Source: the human T2T-CHM13v2.0 reference genome, Homo sapiens
Direction: 5' to 3' (one strand)
Length of the DNA stretch: 64,000 bases
NCBI RefSeq assembly: GCF_009914755.1
Contig: NC_060927.1
Shown in pieces: positions 58,721 through 64,000 of the stretch. A program made the position numbers and the translations under genes. The notes under the pieces are model-generated. The model was given only the letters and a program-made list of their open reading frames with translations, did not search any database and was not told where the DNA came from. Each line of letters begins with the position of its first letter. Position 1 is the first letter of the stretch.

Positions 58721-61700
58721 TTCAGGCATCTGTCAAGCCCACTAGACAGAAACAGCTTGTACAGTAGGAAAGTGTTTTTATGCATATCAGACTGAAAATC
58801 TAGGTGCCTTATTTTTATCAGCAACTTGTCCACACTTTGGGCTCTCCAATCTCTCCTAGGTTCATACCTGAAAATACTAAAGAAAAGTCTGGAACCCCAT
58901 GTTTTATAAAGTATGTTTCCTGTTATTTTCTAAGAGCTATCCATTTTTATAATATTCTGTTTAGATAATTTTAAAATTATAAAGAGAAAAACTCAAATTA
59001 CTCATAATATCACAATCCTGACATAAGTCTTGTTAACATTTGGATATATTCACTTCTAGTAGCTGTTTGATAATACTTACATAGGCTAACATATACTGGC
59101 CCTTTTGCATATATATTTTTATACATTTGTAATTATCAGATGTACTATTTTCATATCTTCTTATTTTTTGGCACTATAATGGCAAGAATTATGACAATCC
59201 AAGTATCTAAAATAACAGATTAATAAAATCTTATTTTGAGCAGACAGGAAATTAGAACCAGTCAGGGCTGGAGCCGTGGCAACCGAAACTCTGTGCCGTC
59301 TTTTTGATAGTGCTTTATTAAAACTGTAGCTTGTAATTGAGGATAGTTTTTCTATGGGACAATGCATAGAAAGCTGTGCATGGTGATAAAACCTTTTTTT
59401 CCCGACATTAGAGCAACTAGCCCATTGCATTCTTCCAGGCAACCAAATGAAGATGAAACGTGTGCCTGGAGTCACTGCCAGGCATGTGGGGCACAGCAAA
59501 GGCCAAAATATGGTTTTAGTTTGAAAACCCAACCTTGAATAATGGTTCATTCTATTCATCAAACTTTTAGGTCATGGGTCTTGCCTAGGTGAAGCCATCC
59601 AATGGAAATAATGTCTTGGAATTCTCTTGCCTTTATTATGTCAAATCTCTAATATATAACATCCATAAAGCCTAATTAATGGGAAAAACTGAGTGTATGT
59701 TTTAGCCATAACATTGTGGAAATAGGTTCTTTTAGTTTCACACAAATAGAGATCTTCTCACCCCACCGAGAAAACTCGCTTTCTCCTTTACGGAGGGCCC
59801 GCATGGAGGTTTAGAGGGAAGGAACCCTGAAATGAGAACTGTGAATAAGGTTGGCAGGAGATCTTTGACCTAGATTCTCCTCGACTCTGAGGATTTGGCG
59901 CTTCTGCTCTGCGACTCGCTTTTCTTACTTCTTGCCTACCCGGCAGGATAACATCAGTGGTTGTACCTTGTCTGCCGAAGCCTAAGGGAGGCTGCTCTGC
60001 TCTAAATAGCCAAGCATGAGCTTTACTTTACTATTTGTCTTTTGGTCCTAAAGGCGAGACTGTACAAGAATTAATAGTTGGAGAGGCAGCAAGGCATACG
60101 TTCACCAAATGTCATGAATTTCAAGATTTGTAGCTAAAAAGTACTCAGAGTAATTACATCCCTTGCTAAAGCAACAATTAATGTGAAATTCGGGTACACT
60201 ACACTGAAGTCCTTTATCAGCAGATGGAAAAGTGGAGAGTTACTGGAGAGATCTCATTCTGCAAACATTCTGCTTCCAAGAAGAAAATCATCTTTGTTAG
60301 TGGTTTCTAAGTTGTCCCTCTTGATAATTATAACTGACATCTATTTGATATTTAATATGTTACAAAGCTTCTTCATATGAATCAGATATTATTATTCTCC
60401 AGTTTATATATGAGAAAATCAACAATAGAAAAAGAAATCACTGGAGAACTTAAGTAGTATCTTAGACATCAGGCCTAAGAGCCAGATGCTCCAAGCCCAG
60501 GCACTATTATAGCTGCCTTGACACGTGGAGACGGAGAGAGGTGGGTGTGGAGAGACCTCACTTTCCCCCAGCTCAGCCTAGATAAAACCCTTGTGTGCAG
60601 AGACCAGGGCCCCCTGACTGGATGCCCAGGCCTTTTCCCAGCTGCAGTAACTCTTCCAACAACTCCTCCTGTCTGTAATTCAGAATCATCCATCCTTGGC
60701 TATGACTCCAAATTTGGTTTAAGAAAAGGCATTTTATGGGCATCGATGCATGGCATGAGAAAGGGAATATGAGGAAGTAGAGATTTTAAGAAAATCAAGA
60801 TTTCGAAAGTTGAAGATCAACTGGGATGAGTTTCAAAGCAAGAATCAAACTTTTAAAGTCAAAATTTCTGGGTCTTCCTCTTTGTGTCCTTAAAATTCAT
60901 TCTTCAATAAAATGGAACATAAGAATAGAAGAACCAAGAGCATGCTTTTCTAATCCCAAGGAGCTGTGAGGAGTGTTCATTTAGAAGATTTCAATTCAGA
61001 TAGTCAGGTATCCACCTTCCACTTCTTTCCTTCTCTGTGGCCATCGCTTTTAACCTGAAACAGAAGAGGTATCCAGCAAATCATCTGCCCCTGGCCAGAA
61101 GGGGTTCTCCTTCCATTTAAGCAGTGAGATGTTGAGAGTAGAGTATAATTCAGTGAGAGTCAAAAAGTAGAAGCAGCCACAGGAAATTGCAAACTGCAGA
61201 CTTGACACAGCTAAATAGAAGGGGGGAAAAGAACGAAAATATCAGAAATATATTTTTTCTGGCAGGCTTTCAGCTCTAAAACGGGGCTAATTCTACCTTT
61301 TGAAAAGAAGATAATTTCAATGTTTCTTTTTTTTCAAGAACACATAATTGAAGTTATTTTCCCTCTGAGGGAAGGAACCTCTTGTACATCACTACAAATG
61401 GACAAGAAAAATGAGCAGCTCTGGTACCCAGAGTGATAGAGTATTCATTATCATGTAATCTTTTTGAATATCTTGGCTGCCTTTTCCCGGTGTTTTATCC
61501 GCCTGAGCGGTGCTTTTCTGGTAAGGTTCAGATTTGCAGTAAATTTGAGTTATCTAACACCATGTAACAAAGAAATCAACAGCAGGTAAGCACTCAAGAA
61601 AGAAAAATGATCACGCCAAGGTCAGCCCCAGAGGAACTCAGGGGGCTGACATTGCGACAGATAGTGGGTATCCATTTTGTAAATTGGATCCTTAGCACAC

Positions 61701-62849
61701 AGGTTAAAGTAGGTAAATTGTAGTAACAAAGATGCAAGATGGTGTGGTGTTTTCCTGGGAGCCATTTGCACCTTAGTGCGGGCTGTTTCCCATGCTTCCT
61801 TTTTCCTTTAGAAAGGATGATGGATATTTTTCTTCTCCACTCAGAAAAGGGGCAGTGGGATGATAAGGTGATTAACCTTTGTGTGTTCTTGATTTCATGC
61901 CCCAAGTGTAGTGAAAGTTCAGTAGGCTGCAGAAACCCTGTGACCTGCCCATTGCTTACTCAGATTCAGAATGCTGAATGAAGTTCTGGATGTTTCAGGG
62001 GATGCTGACAACTGGCTTAAGTCCTCTCATAAATGGAAATCTCTGTCATAATGAGGTTTCCACTTACTCAGTGTGTCTATTTTTATAGACTACAAAGGAT
62101 CTGTAAATATGAATATCTGTGATTTCACTCTAAAGATTGGTAATGATATGTGTCTTGCATACTATGGGCACAAATGGGCACAAAAAAATGATAGAGTAGA
62201 ACCAAAGGAAGCTTTGAAAATAACATGTTACACATAAAGAAACTGAGGCTCAGAAAATGGAAATGATTTGAGCAAAATCACTGGACAACTTAAAGGCAGA
62301 ACTAAGATTAAAGATATTCTGAATAGTCAGGTCTTCTGTATTTATGGGTTTCTATGTAAATGTATAATCAAATACCATGAAGTGTTATATGAATATGACA
62401 GATACTGTTATGTATGTTATTCTTAATCTAGTGGAGTTTCCTTCTTCATCAAGGGTCCTATTCATGTGTACATTTTGTTTCAGAAGCAAGTCTTCATTAC
62501 TGCATAGTCCCACCCATAATGTTTACCAGGGATTTAGACCCAGATTTGGCTGTAAATTTGGCTTCATATTAAGTATTTTCTTGAATGACAATCACCTGGG
62601 CCCCTAGCAAGAAAAGAGGAATGGCAAAGAAGAACCAGTTTTAGATAATTTTCAGCTGAAAAAAAAAAAATCTTTATTTTAAGAAGGGAAAATACAGAAA
62701 CATAGAAAGAATATAAAGCATTCAATTTCCCATGACTTTCAACGATTAACCTTTGAGCATATTGTATTGCCGTAAGGCAGGTCAGCCTGGCCAGCGAGTG
62801 ACTTATCTCCATGTGGTAGTTCAGGGCCCAGTCTCCATCCTTCCTGTGC

Positions 62850-62957
62850 CTCACAAGGCCACATCTAACTGCAAGGAGCATGGGAAATGTAGTCTAGCAG
62901 TGTGCCCAGCAAGAGGAGGAAATGGATTTTGGTGAGCAGTTAGCAGGCTCTGCCATG
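62850..62957 (-). mobile_element. MLT1J/K-like LTR 5' fragment
   Basis: GGCCACATCTAACTGCAAGGAG..TGGGAAATGTAGTCT...GGTGAGCAGTTAGCAGGCTCTGCCA. Confidence 0.75.
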
Positions 62958-62982
62958 CTTAGTAAACATCAGTCCTTTTTAA

Positions 62983-63533
<551 letters not shown>

Positions 63534-64000
63534 TTTCCTCTTAACAGTTTTTTAGATATACATGTTCCTCCTGAAATGCCTTTAACTTTCTTCCTTCTTT
63601 CTTTTCTTCTTCTTCTTCTTTTTTTTTTTTTTCCGGCTGTTGTACGCAATTTATTCTTCAAGATCAAACTACAGGTCATCTTTTTTTGGCAGCCTTCTTC
63701 CGTCTCAGAACACTGAATTCATACCTGTGTTTTAGAGCTTAGACTTTATTGTAATTGCCTATTTTCATGTCTCTTTCTTCCCAAACTGTGAGTTGTTAGA
63801 GACAGGATCTCTGAATAATTTGTCTTTATACTTAAAGTTCTTGGCACTTGGTAATCCCGTAGGAGATTTATGTTAAGACAATTTTGACGGAGTCCTCTAA
63901 AATCTGTCGCTCAGTAACTCACCTGTGGATCATATAACGTTAACTTGCCTTTAGTAAGAGATTCGGGTATTTCAGAAACAAACATATTAGTGATTAAGAT

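Overview
This is primate (human-like) non-coding DNA. It is AT-rich and CpG-depleted, and I can support no protein-coding exon in 64 kb; all long ORFs in the track derive from L1, Alu or LTR sequence or are random. Recognisable content: the frameshifted 3' part of a young L1PA2-like element (1-1806), an older 5'-truncated L1PA carrying a nested AluY, L1M fragments, 11 Alus, two THE1 solo LTRs, MLT1 LTRs, hAT MER elements, MIR/L2 relics, microsatellites and a 35-nt tailless U2 snRNA retrocopy. The best unexplained structure is a ~195-bp, ~92% identical inverted duplication (13189-13384 / 13798-13992, 413-bp spacer) with a slippage-type junction scar. Repeat-free islands hold tightly packed transcription factor motifs (ETS-GATA-RUNX-E-box, PU.1-OCT-STAT, paired octamers) and local CpG retention, which suggests an enhancer cluster. 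An unverified guess is the 8q24 CCDC26/MYC distal enhancer region. Repeat subfamilies were called from remembered consensus sequences, and boundaries of old repeats are approximate.
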